DNA of 61,065 bases, the filler included, from Chthonomonadaceae bacterium (GTDB lineage Bacteria; Armatimonadota; Chthonomonadetes; Chthonomonadales; Chthonomonadaceae): the NCBI GenBank assembly GCA_035650735.1. It is 3 parts of 3 records of this genome, joined end to end, with 100 filler letters (N's around TTAATTAATTAA, not from the genome) between each part and the next. Parts side by side here need not be neighbours in the genome. Positions count along the whole stretch, not along the records: positions 36,269 to 61,065 come from DASRGZ010000148.1; 2 more parts are not named here. One strand, given 5' to 3'. Made by a program: the position numbers and the translations under genes. The first letter of the stretch is position 1, and each line of letters begins with the position of its first letter. Under the pieces are notes generated by a model, which was not told where the DNA came from, did not search any database, and saw only the letters and a program-made list of their open reading frames with translations. Shown here in pieces: positions 47,980-57,571 of the stretch.

Positions 47980-49149
47980 GTGAAGATCACGCGCATAGAT
48001 TGCCACGTCTTGCTGATCCCCGACTACGATCCGGAAGCCTGTTCCTCCGCGCAGGACGATCTGGTCGTGGAGATCCATACCGACGAAGGTATCGTCGGAA
48101 TCGGAGAGACCGATACGAACCCCTGGGTCGCGCGCGAATGCATCCGGGCGCACGGCACCCACTGCATGGGGCTGGGGCTGGAGGAGATGCTGCTCGGCTG
48201 CGACCCGTTGCAGCCGGAAGCCGTCTGGCAGAAGCTCTACAGTGGCTCCAAGATGACGGGACGGCGGGGCGCGCTGATCTGCGCGCTGGGAGCGATTGAC
48301 ATGGCGCTCTGGGACATCAAGGGCAAAGCCTTGAGCGTTCCCATCTATGCGCTGCTGGGCGGCGCGGTCAAAGAGGCGATGACGCCCTACGCCTCCCTGC
48401 TGCCAACCGGCAGGACGCTGGCCGAATACCGGGCCTCCTTGATCGCGAAAGTCCGCCAGGCCCAGGCGCTCGGCTTTCAGGCCGCCAAGTTGGAAGTCTG
48501 CATCAATGGCCCGTACTCGCATAACGGACTTCAGGAGAGGGACGATTCCGTAGTTGAGATCGTGGCGGCGTGCCGCGAGGCGGTCGGACCGGACTTCGTG
48601 CTGATGGTGGATGTGGCCTATGCCTGGCCGAGCGCCGAGCATGCGCTGCGCGTGCTGGAACGGCTTCAGCCCTACAACCTCTTCTTCGTCGAGACGCCCA
48701 TTGATATTGATGATCTGGAGGGCTATGCGCTGCTGCACGAGCGCTCTCCGATCCCCATCGCCGCCGGAGAATGGCAGAATACGCATTTCGAATTTCTAGA
48801 CCTGGCGGATCGCGGCCAGGTGGATGTGCTTCAGCCGGATGTCGGGCGGGTTGGAGGTTTCACCGAAGCCCGCAAGGTCGCCCGGATCGCCGCGGAGCGC
48901 GGTCGGCAGATCGTGCCGCACTGCTGGAAGAGCGGCATCGGCATCGCGGCGAGCGCCCATCTCTGCGCGGCGACCGCCTGCTGCCCCTTCATCGAGTATC
49001 TGCCCGCGCCGCTCTCCGAGTCTCCCCTGCGCCGCGACCTGCTTATCGAAGACCTGACGGTTACCGACGGGCGGATCGCGCTGCCGCAGAAGCCAGGGCT
49101 GGGCATCGAACTGAATCGCGACGCGCTGCACCAGTATGCGGCCCAGTGA
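47980..49149 (+). CDS. Mandelate racemase / muconate lactonizing enzyme family (acid-sugar dehydratase-like)
   Basis: IDMALWDIKGKAL..PIYALLGG, LMVD, FVETP, AAGE, LQPD, PH, KPGLGIE. Confidence 0.9.
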   Translation: MKITRIDCHVLLIPDYDPEACSSAQDDLVVEIHTDEGIVGIGETDTNPWVARECIRAHGTHCMGLGLEEMLLGCDPLQPEAVWQKLYSGSKMTGRRGALICALGAIDMALWDIKGKALSVPIYALLGGAVKEAMTPYASLLPTGRTLAEYRASLIAKVRQAQALGFQAAKLEVCINGPYSHNGLQERDDSVVEIVAACREAVGPDFVLMVDVAYAWPSAEHALRVLERLQPYNLFFVETPIDIDDLEGYALLHERSPIPIAAGEWQNTHFEFLDLADRGQVDVLQPDVGRVGGFTEARKVARIAAERGRQIVPHCWKSGIGIAASAHLCAATACCPFIEYLPAPLSESPLRRDLLIEDLTVTDGRIALPQKPGLGIELNRDALHQYAAQ

Positions 49150-49229
49150 ATTGCCAAACGCGGAGCAAAAAGAGTCGGAGATGTGGCTTGGCGTTAACAA
49201 GAGTACGCCCAGGTGCGCCTCTTCTGTGC

Positions 49230-49715
49230 TCAGGCGCGTCTCAGCAGGCCGACCATCTGCCGGATCGCTCCCAGATGATAGGCCCCATGCGCTACGATGG
49301 CTATGCCGGGCGTAACCAACTCCGCAGGCAAGTCCGTCCGTGTTTGGATCGCTTCCAGCAGCCTCTGATACTCCTCGCGCAACGCATCGCGTAGACGGTT
49401 CCACTCTTCTGTATCCACCGTGCGCACCGACCAGCTTTCCTCCCAATCTACGTTGGGGTGTTCCCCGCGCGCCAGAGCGTTGCTCAGAGCCAGGCTCCAG
49501 CGCAGATGTTCCGCATGGGCGGCTATGGTAGAGCCTGGCATACCCGAACCATCCAGCGAGGTAGAGGCTTCTTCCGCCGAGAGTGAACTTAGCGTTGGTA
49601 ATAGAGCGCCGGCTTGGTTATCCGTGAACCAGTAAGAAGAGCCGTCCTGTGGCCCCTCATAAGCTTCCGTGAACAGCGCTGCGACCGCGTGAATAAAGGT
49701 AGCGGGAGAGAGCAT
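49230..49715 (-). CDS. DinB family protein
   Basis: TIAAHAEHL and AHGAYHLGAIRQ motifs. Confidence 0.8.
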   Translation of the reverse strand: MLSPATFIHAVAALFTEAYEGPQDGSSYWFTDNQAGALLPTLSSLSAEEASTSLDGSGMPGSTIAAHAEHLRWSLALSNALARGEHPNVDWEESWSVRTVDTEEWNRLRDALREEYQRLLEAIQTRTDLPAELVTPGIAIVAHGAYHLGAIRQMVGLLRRA

Positions 49716-49773
49716 GGCAGCCCTATACCCTCCGTAGAAGTAGCGGAGATGCAGATGAAAAGCAACACCTCTC

Positions 49774-51216
49774 TTAGCGCTCGTCTGCCAGTCTGACGAG
49801 GAAGGCATCCAAGGCCGCCAGGGCGCGCTCCGCCTTCATGCGGGCCTTCTCACGCTTGTCGCGGATGGGAGGCGGCGGCAGTTCCGGCACAATGCCCCAG
49901 TTGGAATTCATCGGCGCAAAGTGCTTTGGGTCGGTCTCCACCAGATAGTGGCACAGGGAGCCGAGCACCGTCTCGCGCGGCGGGATGGCGGGCGGCTGGC
50001 CCCGTAACAGGCGGTGCGCGTTCAGCCCGGTCAGCATCCCGATGGCCGCCGACTCCAGGTAGCCCTCCACGCCGGTCATCTGCCCGGCCAGAAACAGGCC
50101 CGGATGTTGCCGCAACTGGCAGGTCAGGTCCAGCAGGCGCGGCGCGTTGACATAGGTATTGCGGTGCATGACGCCGTAGCGGATAAACTCAGCGTTCTCC
50201 AGGCCCGGTATCATATGGAAGAGGCGCTTCTGCTCGCCCCACTTGAGCCGGGTCTGGAAGCCGACCAGGCCCCAGAGCGTGCCCTCCTTGTTCTCCTGCC
50301 GCAACTGCACGACGGCATAGGGCCGCCTGCCCGTGCGCGGGTCCACCAGACCGATAGGCTTCATCGGCCCGAAGGCCAGCGTCTTCGGACCGCGCCGAGC
50401 CAGCTCTTCTATCGGCACGCACATCTCGAAGAAGACCATCTTCTCCGGCGAATCGCCCTGCTCAAAATCGTGCAACGGCGCCAGTTCCGCCTCTGTCAGC
50501 GCCTGCCAGAAGGCCAGAAACTCCTCTTTGGTGAACGGGCAGTTCAGGTAGTCGGCGCTCTCGGCCGGCGCTCCCCCGCACCCGATACCCTCCTCTGTGG
50601 AAACCGCTCCTTCCTCCTCCGCGCTGGCTGCCGTGACGCTGCCGGAAGCGGCATTTCCCATGCCTTTGCCGCGCCGGGAGGCGCGAAAGATCTTGGTCAG
50701 GTCGAGGCTATCGTAGGTGACGGTGGGCGCAACGGCATCATAGAAGGAGAGCGAGTCGCCCCCCGTCAGCCTGGCGATCTCGGCGGCCAGCGCATCGGAG
50801 GTCAGCGGGCCGGTCGCCAGGATCAGCGGGCGCGCATCCGGCAGCGCCGTCACCTCCTCGCGCACCACCGTAATATTGGGGTGCGATTCGATGGCTTGCG
50901 TCACCTCGCGCGCAAACGGCTCACGGTCCACGGCCAGCGCCTCGCCTGCCGGGACGCGGTGCTTTTCCGCAATGGGCAGGATCAGCGAGCCGAGCCGCCG
51001 CATCTCCTCCTTGAGGACGCCGCTGGCGTTGGTGAGCAGGTTCGACTTGAAGGAGTTGGAGCAGACCAGCTCGGCCAGGTCGCCGGTGTGATGAACGGGC
51101 GTGCCCTTGACCGGGCGCATCTCGTAGAGCGTGACCTTGCTGCCCCGCTGCGCCGCTGCCCAGGCCGCCTCCGTGCCCGCAAATCCCCCGCCGACAATGG
51201 TTACGCAATCTTCCAT
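49774..51216 (-). CDS. trmFO: Methylenetetrahydrofolate--tRNA-(uracil-5)-methyltransferase TrmFO
   Basis: GGGFAGTEAA, AELVCSNS, YLNCP, FGPMKPIGL, VGFQTRL, YGVMHRNTY, AGQMTGVEGY. Confidence 0.95.
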   Translation of the reverse strand: MEDCVTIVGGGFAGTEAAWAAAQRGSKVTLYEMRPVKGTPVHHTGDLAELVCSNSFKSNLLTNASGVLKEEMRRLGSLILPIAEKHRVPAGEALAVDREPFAREVTQAIESHPNITVVREEVTALPDARPLILATGPLTSDALAAEIARLTGGDSLSFYDAVAPTVTYDSLDLTKIFRASRRGKGMGNAASGSVTAASAEEEGAVSTEEGIGCGGAPAESADYLNCPFTKEEFLAFWQALTEAELAPLHDFEQGDSPEKMVFFEMCVPIEELARRGPKTLAFGPMKPIGLVDPRTGRRPYAVVQLRQENKEGTLWGLVGFQTRLKWGEQKRLFHMIPGLENAEFIRYGVMHRNTYVNAPRLLDLTCQLRQHPGLFLAGQMTGVEGYLESAAIGMLTGLNAHRLLRGQPPAIPPRETVLGSLCHYLVETDPKHFAPMNSNWGIVPELPPPPIRDKREKARMKAERALAALDAFLVRLADER

Positions 51217-51433
51217 CTTACCTCTACTCTCACAAAGCGCTCTCAATACCCGATAGACTACGCTATGATACCCCGCTTATGTTCCGCTGGCAAGGGCATT
51301 GCCGTTGGTTAAAAGCCTCCCGTCTCTCGTTCCTCGCACCACCTATGGCGGCGATATTATGCCTGGCCTTTCATCCTACCGGCTTCATCTTTCCGAAAAG
51401 ACTCACACGTCCCATTACCGCGATAATGTTAGG

Positions 51434-51499
51434 CCTGTCCGAAGGTACAGGGTGCGATGCTGCCTGTACAGACAGGGATCGCTCTTGACCTCTGTACGA
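51434..51499. promoter_or_regulatory. Repeated CCTGT..ACAGG operator-like sites
   Basis: cctgtccgaaggtacagg (51434-51451), cctgtacagacagg (51463-51476), ctgtacga (51492-51499), upstream of TAGAAT (51523). Confidence 0.35.
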
Positions 51500-51557
51500 A
51501 GCCATCGCGCCTGCCTGCGATGTAGAATGGAGGCATCCAATTAAGGAGGTTAACCCG

Positions 51558-52337
51558 ATGGCTGCAACGCAATATACACAAAATAATGCCTCTGCGCAGG
51601 TCGCGCTGATCACAGGCGCCTCGCGCGGGCTGGGGCTGGCGCTGGCCCGAGAGCTGGCCCGGCACGGCTGGACGCTGATTATAGATGCGCGCGGCGCCGA
51701 AGCGCTCGAGGCAGCCCGCAGGGAACTGGCGCTCTGGACGGGCGTGATCGCCATCGCCGGGGATGTGGCCGATGCAGCGCACAGACAGGAGCTAGCGGCG
51801 GCGGCACGGGCGGCTGGCGGGCTGGATGCGTTGATCAATAACGCCAGCATCCTCGGCCCCAGCCCGCAGCCGTACCTGCTGGACTACCCGATGGAGATGT
51901 TGGAGCAGGTCTATCGCGTCAACGTCCTGGCGCCGCTGGCATTGGTCCAGGCCGTGCGGCAGGATCTCAAGCCCGGCGCGCGGGTGATCAACGTCACCAG
52001 CGACGCGGGCGTGGAGTCCTATCCGGGCTGGGGCGGCTACGGATCGAGCAAGGCGGCGCTGGAGCAGCTTTCCGCCGTGCTCGCGGCAGAGCGCCCGGAA
52101 CTGCGCGTCTACTGGGTGGACCCGGGCGATATGCGGACGCAGATGCACCAGGAGGCGTTTCCCGGCGAGGACATCTGCGACCGCCCGCTGCCGCAAGAGA
52201 GCGTGCCCGGTTTCCTTCGACTCCTTTCGGGCACGTACCCCAGCGGACGCTATGTTGCCCGCGCTCTGGAAGGAACCGGCGCGCAGAACGCGAAAGAATC
52301 CGGTGTGTTGCTGGAAGCGGTGGAGGTACGGCAATGA
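51558..52337 (+). CDS. Short-chain dehydrogenase/reductase
   Basis: TGASRGLG, NNAS, YGSSK, VDPGDMRT; AAGGAGG RBS. Confidence 0.92.
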   Translation: MAATQYTQNNASAQVALITGASRGLGLALARELARHGWTLIIDARGAEALEAARRELALWTGVIAIAGDVADAAHRQELAAAARAAGGLDALINNASILGPSPQPYLLDYPMEMLEQVYRVNVLAPLALVQAVRQDLKPGARVINVTSDAGVESYPGWGGYGSSKAALEQLSAVLAAERPELRVYWVDPGDMRTQMHQEAFPGEDICDRPLPQESVPGFLRLLSGTYPSGRYVARALEGTGAQNAKESGVLLEAVEVRQ

Positions 52338-53533
52338 CACCTGCGATCCGCGATCCCGGCGTCTCAGAGCGCGCCTCCGGGCGGAGGCTTCCTACTTGGC
52401 GTGAATGGGAGTTCACGCTGCCGCCGGAACGGGAAGCGGGCGAGCCGCCGGAGGCGCGCGGCCTGGCTCGCGATGCCGTGCGCCTGATGGTCTCCTACCG
52501 CGCGGACAACCGCATCGTCCACGCGCGGTTCCGGGATCTGGCCCGCTTTCTGGAGGCGGGCGATCTGCTGGTCATCAATACCAGCGGCACGATGAACGCC
52601 GCCCTCCGCGCCACCTATCCCGATGGCAGGGAGATCGAGCTGCATCTCTCCACGCGCCTGCCGGAAGAGCGGTGGGTTGTGGAACTGCGGCTGCCGGGCG
52701 AGAACGGCACGACGCCGTTCTATGAGGCCAAAGCGGGAGCGGTCCTGGGCCTGCCCGGAGGGGGCACGGCAACCCTGCTGGCCCCGCACCGGCGCGACCT
52801 GGCGATGCCCGAAGGCGGTCGCGTGCGCCTCTGGAGGGCCGCGCTGGACCTGCCCACGTCGCTGGATGTCTACCTGGAACGGCACGGCTTCCCGATCCGC
52901 TACGGCTATGTTCGGGAGGGCTGGCCGCTCCACTACTACCAGAGCGTCTACGTCACCGAGACGGGCAGCGCCGAAATGCCCTCGGCGGGACGGGCGTTCA
53001 CGCCGGAGTTAATCACGCGGCTGGTGGCGCGCGGCGTACAGATCGCGCCGCTCTTGCTGCATACCGGCGTCGCCAGCCTGGAGGGCCATGAGCCACCCTA
53101 TGAGGAGTTCTATCGCGTGCCGCCGGAGACGGCGCGGCTGGTCAACGCGGCACGGCAGGCTGAAAAGCGCGTCGTGGCGGTCGGCACGACGGTCGTGCGC
53201 GCCCTGGAGACCGTCACCGACGCCGCCGGGACGACGCATTCCGGCGAGGGCTGGACGGATCTGGTCATCACGCCGGAGCGCGGCCTGCGCGCGGTCAATG
53301 CGATGCTGACGGGCTTTCATGAGCCGCGCGCGACCCATCTCTGGATGCTGGAGGCGCTCACCAATCAAGGCGTGTGCCCGCTGCAAGTGGCGTCTTCAGA
53401 CAGAGACTCCAGGCTGGAGTCCTGCCTGGCGCTGGCCGGGCGGGAACATCTGCGCATTGCCTACGCGGAGGCGCTGCGCGAAGGATACCTCTGGCACGAG
53501 TTCGGCGATCTGCACCTGATTTTGCCCTGGTAG
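52334..53533 (+). CDS. queA: QueA-family protein (SAM:tRNA ribosyltransferase-isomerase-like paralogue)
   Basis: GDLLVINTS, YQSVY...GSAEMPSAGR.FT, LHTG, AVGTTVVRALE, TGFHEP..THL; divergent variant type. Confidence 0.7.
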   Translation: MTPAIRDPGVSERASGRRLPTWREWEFTLPPEREAGEPPEARGLARDAVRLMVSYRADNRIVHARFRDLARFLEAGDLLVINTSGTMNAALRATYPDGREIELHLSTRLPEERWVVELRLPGENGTTPFYEAKAGAVLGLPGGGTATLLAPHRRDLAMPEGGRVRLWRAALDLPTSLDVYLERHGFPIRYGYVREGWPLHYYQSVYVTETGSAEMPSAGRAFTPELITRLVARGVQIAPLLLHTGVASLEGHEPPYEEFYRVPPETARLVNAARQAEKRVVAVGTTVVRALETVTDAAGTTHSGEGWTDLVITPERGLRAVNAMLTGFHEPRATHLWMLEALTNQGVCPLQVASSDRDSRLESCLALAGREHLRIAYAEALREGYLWHEFGDLHLILPW

Positions 53534-53583
53534 AGAAAGCAGTACCCATCACAACGGAACGCCTGTACCTAAAGGAGGCCAAC

Positions 53584-55347
53584 ATGACCGCACTACAGAA
53601 CGGAACCGCCACCCGCGCGCAACGCTACGTCCGTGCCGCCAATGCCGCCGATGTGCGCGCCAAAGGCAGCCTGGCCGTCAACGTCGAAGGGCAAAGCATC
53701 GCGCTCTTTGCCACCGACGACGGCATCTATGCAGTGGATAACCGCTGCCCGCATATGGGCTTTCCGCTGATTCGAGGCTCCGTCAAGGACTGCATCCTGA
53801 CCTGCCACTGGCATCATGCCCGCTTTGATCTGACCAGCGGCGGCACCTTCGACCAGTGGGCCGACGACGTGCGCGCCTTCCCGGTCGAGCTTCGCAATGG
53901 CGATGTCTGGGTAGACCTTGCGCCGCGTACCGACCCGCGCGTACACTTCCGCCAACGCCTGCGGGATGGACTGGAGCGGGACATCTCGCTGGTCATCGGC
54001 AAGTCGGTAATGATGCTATTGGATTCGGGAGAGGAGGCGGTCGAGCCGTTCCGCATCGGGCTGGATTTCGGCACCCACAACCGCCAGGCCGGGTGGGGGC
54101 AGGGATTGACCATGCACGCCTGCTTTATGAATATGCTGCCTCGCCTCGACGCCGAAGACCGTCCTCGCGCGCTCTATCACGGCCTGTCTGCGGTGGCCCG
54201 TGATACCGCCGGAATGCCGCCTCGTCGTGCCATTCGCCCGCTGCCTTCCACTACGACCGACCTGACGACGCTCAAGCGATGGTTCCGGCGCTTTATCGAG
54301 GTGCGCGACTCGGAGGGCGCGGAGCGCTGCATCGTCTCGGCCATCCAGGCCGGCGCCGACGATAAGCAGATGGCCGATATGCTCTTCGCCGCCGCCACCG
54401 ACCACCGCTATATCCAGATCGGCCATGTCCTGGACTTCACCAATAAGGCCCTGGAAGCCCTCGACATCGCGGGCTGGGAACATGCAGAGGCGGCGCTGAG
54501 CAGCTTGAGTTCAGCCTACGCGGGCGCAAGCCGGATGGAGGAGTCGAACGCCTGGCGCAACCCCGTAGACCTGATAGCCATTCTGGAGAACGCCTTCGAG
54601 GCGCTGCCGAGCGCGCTGGAGCAGGGCCGGAGCCGGCGCGGGCAGTGGGCGGGCCGCGACGAAATTATCCCGACATTGCTGGGCGAGGACGCGCAGGCTA
54701 GCGCGGATGCCCTGCTGACGGCGCTGCGTGAGGGCTGCTCGGAGGAAGAGTTGGCCGGAACCGTAGCCTATGCCGCCGCCTTGCGCCTGGCGCGCTTCCA
54801 TACCAGCAACGAGTTCGGCGACTGGGACACGGCTCTGCATACCTTCACGTTCGCCAACGCCATCCATCAAGGGCTACGGCGGGCCGCATGGCCGGAGTTG
54901 GTGCGGGGCGTTTTCGATGCGGCGATGAGCGTCTATCTCGACCGCTTCCTGAACGTGCCGCCCGCGCGTATCCCGGAGGCCGAAGGCAAGCTCGACAACC
55001 CGGAGGCCCTGCTGCAAGAGCTTCCGGACAGACTCAACCGTCAGCAGCAGGTCAACGAAGTCGGCAGCCTTGTCGCGCGGTATCTAGGCGGCGGAGGCGA
55101 CCCCGACCGGCTGATGGCTGCGCTCGGCAAGATGCTTTTGCGCGAGGATCGGGACTTCCATACCATCCAGTGCATGGAGGCTGCCTTCCGGCAGCATTCC
55201 CTGCTGCGCGGCACGCCCGCCGGAACGCACGTGCTGATCGGGGCGGGTCGGTATCTGGCCGCCCATGCTCCAACCGTGCGCGCTCAGGGACAGACCTACC
55301 AGATCGCCCTGCGCCTGCATCGCGGCGAGCGCCTGTTCGAGGACTAG
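53584..55347 (+). CDS. Rieske [2Fe-2S] domain protein with large helical C-terminal region
   Basis: CPHMGFPL...CHWHHARFD; AAGGAGG RBS; repeated His motifs (GH.LDF, LHTFT, DFHT.Q). Confidence 0.85.
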   Translation: MTALQNGTATRAQRYVRAANAADVRAKGSLAVNVEGQSIALFATDDGIYAVDNRCPHMGFPLIRGSVKDCILTCHWHHARFDLTSGGTFDQWADDVRAFPVELRNGDVWVDLAPRTDPRVHFRQRLRDGLERDISLVIGKSVMMLLDSGEEAVEPFRIGLDFGTHNRQAGWGQGLTMHACFMNMLPRLDAEDRPRALYHGLSAVARDTAGMPPRRAIRPLPSTTTDLTTLKRWFRRFIEVRDSEGAERCIVSAIQAGADDKQMADMLFAAATDHRYIQIGHVLDFTNKALEALDIAGWEHAEAALSSLSSAYAGASRMEESNAWRNPVDLIAILENAFEALPSALEQGRSRRGQWAGRDEIIPTLLGEDAQASADALLTALREGCSEEELAGTVAYAAALRLARFHTSNEFGDWDTALHTFTFANAIHQGLRRAAWPELVRGVFDAAMSVYLDRFLNVPPARIPEAEGKLDNPEALLQELPDRLNRQQQVNEVGSLVARYLGGGGDPDRLMAALGKMLLREDRDFHTIQCMEAAFRQHSLLRGTPAGTHVLIGAGRYLAAHAPTVRAQGQTYQIALRLHRGERLFED

Positions 55348-55349
55348 AG

Positions 55350-55404
55350 CCTAACCCCCGGCCCCCTTCCCTGGTACGTCGCTTCGCGGCAGAGAAGGGG
55401 GTGA
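55350..55404. repeat. Family C palindromic repeat
   Basis: cctaacccccggcccccttccc...gaagggggtga between convergent genes. Confidence 0.6.
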
Positions 55405-55417
55405 CCCGGCTTTTGCG

Positions 55418-56245
55418 TCATTCGCGCTTGACACGCCGGATGGCGCCCGGCTCAAATCCGGCCAGGCGTGCCATCTCCTCTTCGAAGAGGGCCTGGTCGG
55501 CGGCGGTATCGCGTTCGGGAGGTGGCGGAGGCGTGGCAGGGCCGACGCTGGAGGGCGGCTGAGGTGGCTTTACTTCGAGGGGCGGAGCTAGCTTGTCCAG
55601 GCCGGTGCGCTTCTGCTTTTTGAGGGTGTCCGTATCGGTGTCGGCCACGCGGATAAGCTCAGCGCGCCAGTAGCCTTCCTGGTACTTGAGTTGGGAAGGG
55701 GGCAGAATCCGGGGCGGGCTAGGCTTGTTCTCCTCCCTGGCGGCGCTCCCGCGCCGCCGGTCCAGCGCGTCGAGGCGTGCCATCTCGGCCTGCCAGAGCG
55801 CCTCATCCCGACGGCTCTGGGCGGCCTTCGCCGCCTCCTCCGCCCGGCGCCGCCGCGCTTCCTCCTGCTGGCGCTGCCGCTCTTCCTGACGGGCGCGCTC
55901 GACCACAGCGGGGTCGCGCAGATACGCCTCTTCTTCGGGCGTCAGGCGCAATCCTTTTTCGCGCAGCGTGGTGGCGATAGGGGTGTCCGGCAGCGCGCGG
56001 TGATGGGGAAAGATCACCAGCGAGCCGGGGTTGCCCTGGTCCTGCGCATAGGGGATGCCCATCTCCCGGCACCAGCGTTCCAACTCCGGTTTGAGCGCCG
56101 CACCGCGCCCGTGAATGAGGCGCACGCGCCGCCGACCGCGCCACTCCGGCCAGCGTTTTTGCAGGGTCAGGCGCATCTGTTCGACCGTCAGGCCGTGCAG
56201 ATCGGCTTCCGCATCTACATCTTTCTTAACTCGTCGGTTCGCCAC
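55418..56245 (-). CDS. Smr/MutS2-domain protein (N-terminal Smr domain, charged coiled-coil tail)
   Basis: DLHGLT, LIHGRG, GNPGSL. Confidence 0.75.
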   Translation of the reverse strand: MANRRVKKDVDAEADLHGLTVEQMRLTLQKRWPEWRGRRRVRLIHGRGAALKPELERWCREMGIPYAQDQGNPGSLVIFPHHRALPDTPIATTLREKGLRLTPEEEAYLRDPAVVERARQEERQRQQEEARRRRAEEAAKAAQSRRDEALWQAEMARLDALDRRRGSAAREENKPSPPRILPPSQLKYQEGYWRAELIRVADTDTDTLKKQKRTGLDKLAPPLEVKPPQPPSSVGPATPPPPPERDTAADQALFEEEMARLAGFEPGAIRRVKRE

Positions 56246-57296
56246 GTTTGAGACTCACTTCAGGAATTTCCTGATGATTATACGTGCGAACGACCGCATT
56301 CGGCCCCGGTACGGCCTCGGTAGCGGAGTTACGACCGTAGACCGCCTCACGCAGCCCGGTGATGTAGCCTATCGCCAGCAGCCGGCCCAGGTTGGAATAG
56401 CAGGGGTTGTCGTTGCAGTCGCCTTCCAGTGTCGGCACATGATCCGGGCGCAGCACGCCCTCAAAGCCGATCTCCTGGTAGGCGCGCATACAGGCCAGCA
56501 TATCGGTCCGGCCCTCTTCGTGGAAGGTCTCGACAAAGTGTTCGGGCGTGCCGCGCACATCCCGGAAATGGACGAAGTGAATCTTGCCCTGCCGTCCGAA
56601 GTGGCGGATGACGGCAGGCAGGTCGTCGGTCATCAGGGCGAAGTTGCCCTGGCACAGCGTCAGGCCATTGTATTCGCTGTCGGCCATGTCTAGCACGCGC
56701 TGAAACCCCTCCACGCTGCGCATGATCCGCCCGATGCCGCGTATGGGAGAGAGCGGCGGATCGTCGGGATGCAGCGCCAGCTTGACCTTCGCCTTCTCTG
56801 CTGCCGGCAGGACTTTGCGCAGGAAGTAGGCGAAGTTCTCCCAGAGCTGCTCTTCGGTGACGACGCCATATTCGGTCAGGGGGCCGTCCCGCATCACGTC
56901 GTGGTTATAGCCGGTGACGAGCGCGCCGCCGCGCCAGGGAATCGCGGTATGGGTGCGCAGCCATCCGAACACGGCCATGAAGTTGTAACAGATCACCGGG
57001 ATATGCAGCGCGCCCATATTGCGCAGCATCGTGTTAAACCATTCGATCTCTTCATCCCTTCCGGGCAGGCCCAGCCGGATCTTCTGCATCGGCGGGCTGC
57101 TCTCGATGACGGCCAGCTCAAAGCCGGCGTCTTCATAGCGGGTCTTGAGGCGCATCAGGGGCGTGAAGTCCCAGGGGCGCTCCGGGCCGCCGGTATCGGG
57201 AGGCAGCACGCCGACGGCATGGTTGACGCCGGCCTGCTTAACCAGCTTCCAGAGCACGTTCGGCTGTGGAGATAATACTTCCGCGATTTGGATCAT
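56226..57296 (-). CDS. uxuA: Mannonate dehydratase
   Basis: CYNFM...[35 protein letters not shown]. Confidence 0.9.
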   Translation of the reverse strand: MIQIAEVLSPQPNVLWKLVKQAGVNHAVGVLPPDTGGPERPWDFTPLMRLKTRYEDAGFELAVIESSPPMQKIRLGLPGRDEEIEWFNTMLRNMGALHIPVICYNFMAVFGWLRTHTAIPWRGGALVTGYNHDVMRDGPLTEYGVVTEEQLWENFAYFLRKVLPAAEKAKVKLALHPDDPPLSPIRGIGRIMRSVEGFQRVLDMADSEYNGLTLCQGNFALMTDDLPAVIRHFGRQGKIHFVHFRDVRGTPEHFVETFHEEGRTDMLACMRAYQEIGFEGVLRPDHVPTLEGDCNDNPCYSNLGRLLAIGYITGLREAVYGRNSATEAVPGPNAVVRTYNHQEIPEVSLKRGEPTS

Positions 57297-57380
57297 AGTG
57301 ATGCCTTTCCAATTTTCTGTTTTCTTTTCGGACGGCTGAAGCCGCAGCAACAAGAGCACAAAGTCGGCCTTCGCCGACTC

Positions 57381-57563
57381 ACCTAACCCCCCGGCCCCTT
57401 CCCTGGGAGGGAAGGGAGGGACCCAGCTTTTCTGCTCCCCTCTCCTTTAGAAGAAGAGGGGTTGGGGGTGAGGTCTCTCCCCTCTGCCGCAGCGTGGATC
57501 GCAAGGCGGAGGGGCGAACCATTGTAGCCCCGACCCTGGCAGTAGGGGGAAGGGGGTGAGGGC
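57381..57563. repeat. Composite REP-like cluster (families C, B)
   Basis: acctaaccccccggccccttccc..gggaaggg, cccctctcc..gaggggttgggggtgagg, gcaaggcggaggggcgaaccattgtagccccgaccctggcagt. Confidence 0.75.
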
Positions 57564-57571
57564 CTTTGCTC

